59,001 nt of DNA, taken from IMG/VR virus record IMGVR_UViG_3300011114_000654, positions 1 through 59,001 of that record. One strand, written 5' to 3'. The stretch is from a virus. Taxonomy: Duplodnaviria; Caudoviricetes. Positions 57,572-59,001 of the stretch are shown one piece after another. The notes beneath the pieces are model-generated. The model worked only from the letters and a program-made list of their open reading frames with translations, ran no database searches and was not told where the DNA came from. A program made the position numbers and the translations under genes. Each line of letters opens with the position of its first letter. Within the stretch, counting starts at the first letter, position 1.

Positions 57572-57886
57572 ATGAAAGTCATAGAACGTAAAATGTTGCA
57601 AGCTGTAAAGCTTGGAAAGTCTACGGATTTGGGTAATACCCGTATTGTCGCAATTGATAACAGTGTGAAGGTTTACCTATTCAACAATCTAATTGCCACA
57701 CTTGACGGTGATACAGGTACGCTTGACGTTATCACCCGTTATCAGTCGGCTACCACCAAATCACGCCTTAATGCCATCCTGCGCGAATATGCGAATACAT
57801 CAATCCATCAATCGGATTTCGTCTGGTATTACGCGGATAACACGTACACCGGGAACGGCCGTACATTTTGGGGAATTACCAAATGA
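57572..57886 (+). CDS. conserved phage early protein
   Basis: IER.M..A...NT....VYL..N.IA...TTKSRLNA motif; GAAAGGTAGG RBS. Confidence 0.8.
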   Translation: MKVIERKMLQAVKLGKSTDLGNTRIVAIDNSVKVYLFNNLIATLDGDTGTLDVITRYQSATTKSRLNAILREYANTSIHQSDFVWYYADNTYTGNGRTFWGITK

Positions 57887-58087
57887 GAATGCATCATTTA
57901 CCATCGTACAGAGCGGGCAAATTGACCCGTCATATCCTGCAACGGTTTGCTGTATCTGCAGGGTACCTGCTAGCGTTTTACGTGCTATATATCGGTTTGT
58001 GGATTATTCACAACGGCCGATAGGGAAAGCTTGGCAGGGTATCACCAGGATTTGGTACCCTGCAATTTTTGAAAGGTAGGTAGGAAA

Positions 58088-58381
58088 ATGTCGGTTTACA
58101 CTTTGTTAGAACGTGAGGAAATCAATACCTCACATTTGGTTATGGTTCACCCTGATACAGATGATTTTTTCAGCTGGTATGGTTGTGATTCTTGTAACCT
58201 TTCATCTGGTACCACGTTGGGACATACGGTTAACGAAACAAAGTTAACTGATATTGCAACGGGTACAGAGTATGAATTTCAGTTATGCGCAGGATGTAGG
58301 TATGAATTTGAATACCCTTCAAATGATGCCGATGAATTCAACGCAGATGAAAATAATCACGTTACGGAATTGGGAGCTTGA
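58088..58381 (+). CDS. small Zn-binding early protein
   Basis: FFSW..CDSC...CAGC; GAAAGGTAGGTAGG RBS. Confidence 0.7.
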   Translation: MSVYTLLEREEINTSHLVMVHPDTDDFFSWYGCDSCNLSSGTTLGHTVNETKLTDIATGTEYEFQLCAGCRYEFEYPSNDADEFNADENNHVTELGA

Positions 58382-58623
58382 CAATGGCACGCATAAAACA
58401 GATACAGCAGAAATTGGAATTGTATAACCTGCAGTCGATGATACAAAGTGGAATGCCTGGGTATCGTATAACGATATACACAAAAGAATACCGGCAGATA
58501 TTCTCTGGTAATTCGTCGGAAAGCTTGGCATACCTTGACGGATACGGCCAAGCGTTACATTTGGCAAATCAGAATTCACCATTCTACAATTCTGAATTCC
58601 TGCCAGAATGGTACACAAAGTAG
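58378..58623 (+). CDS. hypothetical early protein
   Basis: Coupled ORF (start may be ATG 58384). Confidence 0.6.
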   Translation: MTMARIKQIQQKLELYNLQSMIQSGMPGYRITIYTKEYRQIFSGNSSESLAYLDGYGQALHLANQNSPFYNSEFLPEWYTK

Positions 58624-58681
58624 GAAAGGATAGCAGGGTACGTGGTAGGTATCGCGTACCCTGCGGAAAGGTAGGTTAATC

Positions 58682-58942
58682 ATGCGATACAGATACGGTC
58701 ACGATAATTGTTATTACATCAATTGTACGGGTACCCGTTGGGTAATTCCGGGTTATCAGATACGGGTAATTGGGGAAAGCTATAACAAAATTAGGCGTGT
58801 GGATTATTTCGAACAATTCGGTAATTTTGCAACGGCTACGGTACGGGTAAACGGTAAACGATACACAGGATTTGCTGCAGAGTCGGATATTCCAGGCGAT
58901 ACCCTGCCAGTACTAAAGCTTGACAAATGCAGGGTAGGCTAA
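58682..58942 (+). CDS. hypothetical early protein
   Basis: ORF preceded by GAAAGGTAGG. Confidence 0.7.
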   Translation: MRYRYGHDNCYYINCTGTRWVIPGYQIRVIGESYNKIRRVDYFEQFGNFATATVRVNGKRYTGFAAESDIPGDTLPVLKLDKCRVG

Positions 58943-59001
58943 TCGGCAGCATACGTGCAATCTATCTGCCAGCTGTAACGGCTGGCAGATTCCACGATGC
59001 C

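Noticed and set aside
58977-59001. 25-bp terminal repeat as a biological DTR or att site
   Set aside because: It falls inside an intergenic hairpin in the middle of the early array and there is no integrase; an assembly overlap is the simplest explanation.

Overview
The window is a complete, circularly closed ~59 kb tailed-phage genome: positions 1-25 are repeated at 58977-59001. The virion is podovirus-like and no integrase or DNA polymerase is visible. Layout: (i) a plus-strand early array of small orphan genes spanning the junction (57265-59001/1-5131); (ii) a recombination/replication block (VRR-NUC, ERF, Gam-like, LmbU-like, C5 methyltransferase, HTH initiator, helicase loader, DnaB) ending in a DUF2829/Tad2-like cluster; (iii) a minus-strand late operon (terminase, portal, scaffold, capsid, adaptors, holin-like genes, duplicated tail-fibre cassettes, tail nozzle, ejection proteins including a 3010-aa polyvalent protein, CHAP endolysin); (iv) an accessory block (dUTPase, ThyX, SSB, nucleases, a second methyltransferase, tRNA-like elements). 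The strongest candidate for an undescribed system is a predicted ~80-nt small RNA at 50401-50480 with its own sigma70-type promoter and 3' hairpin. Its 19-nt loop is the exact reverse complement of an atypical ribosome-binding motif (GAAAGGTAGGTAGGTATG) shared by about 15-18 early and middle genes. This suggests one antisense RNA silences the whole early regulon. Other notable items are four early promoters with a CRP-type box at near-constant spacing, an EcoHK31I-beta-like ORF nested in the C5 methyltransferase, an inverted second copy of the origin iterons, four Tad2-like paralogues, and an ART-like domain inserted in the giant virion protein. All family assignments come from motif recognition by eye, not from database searches.
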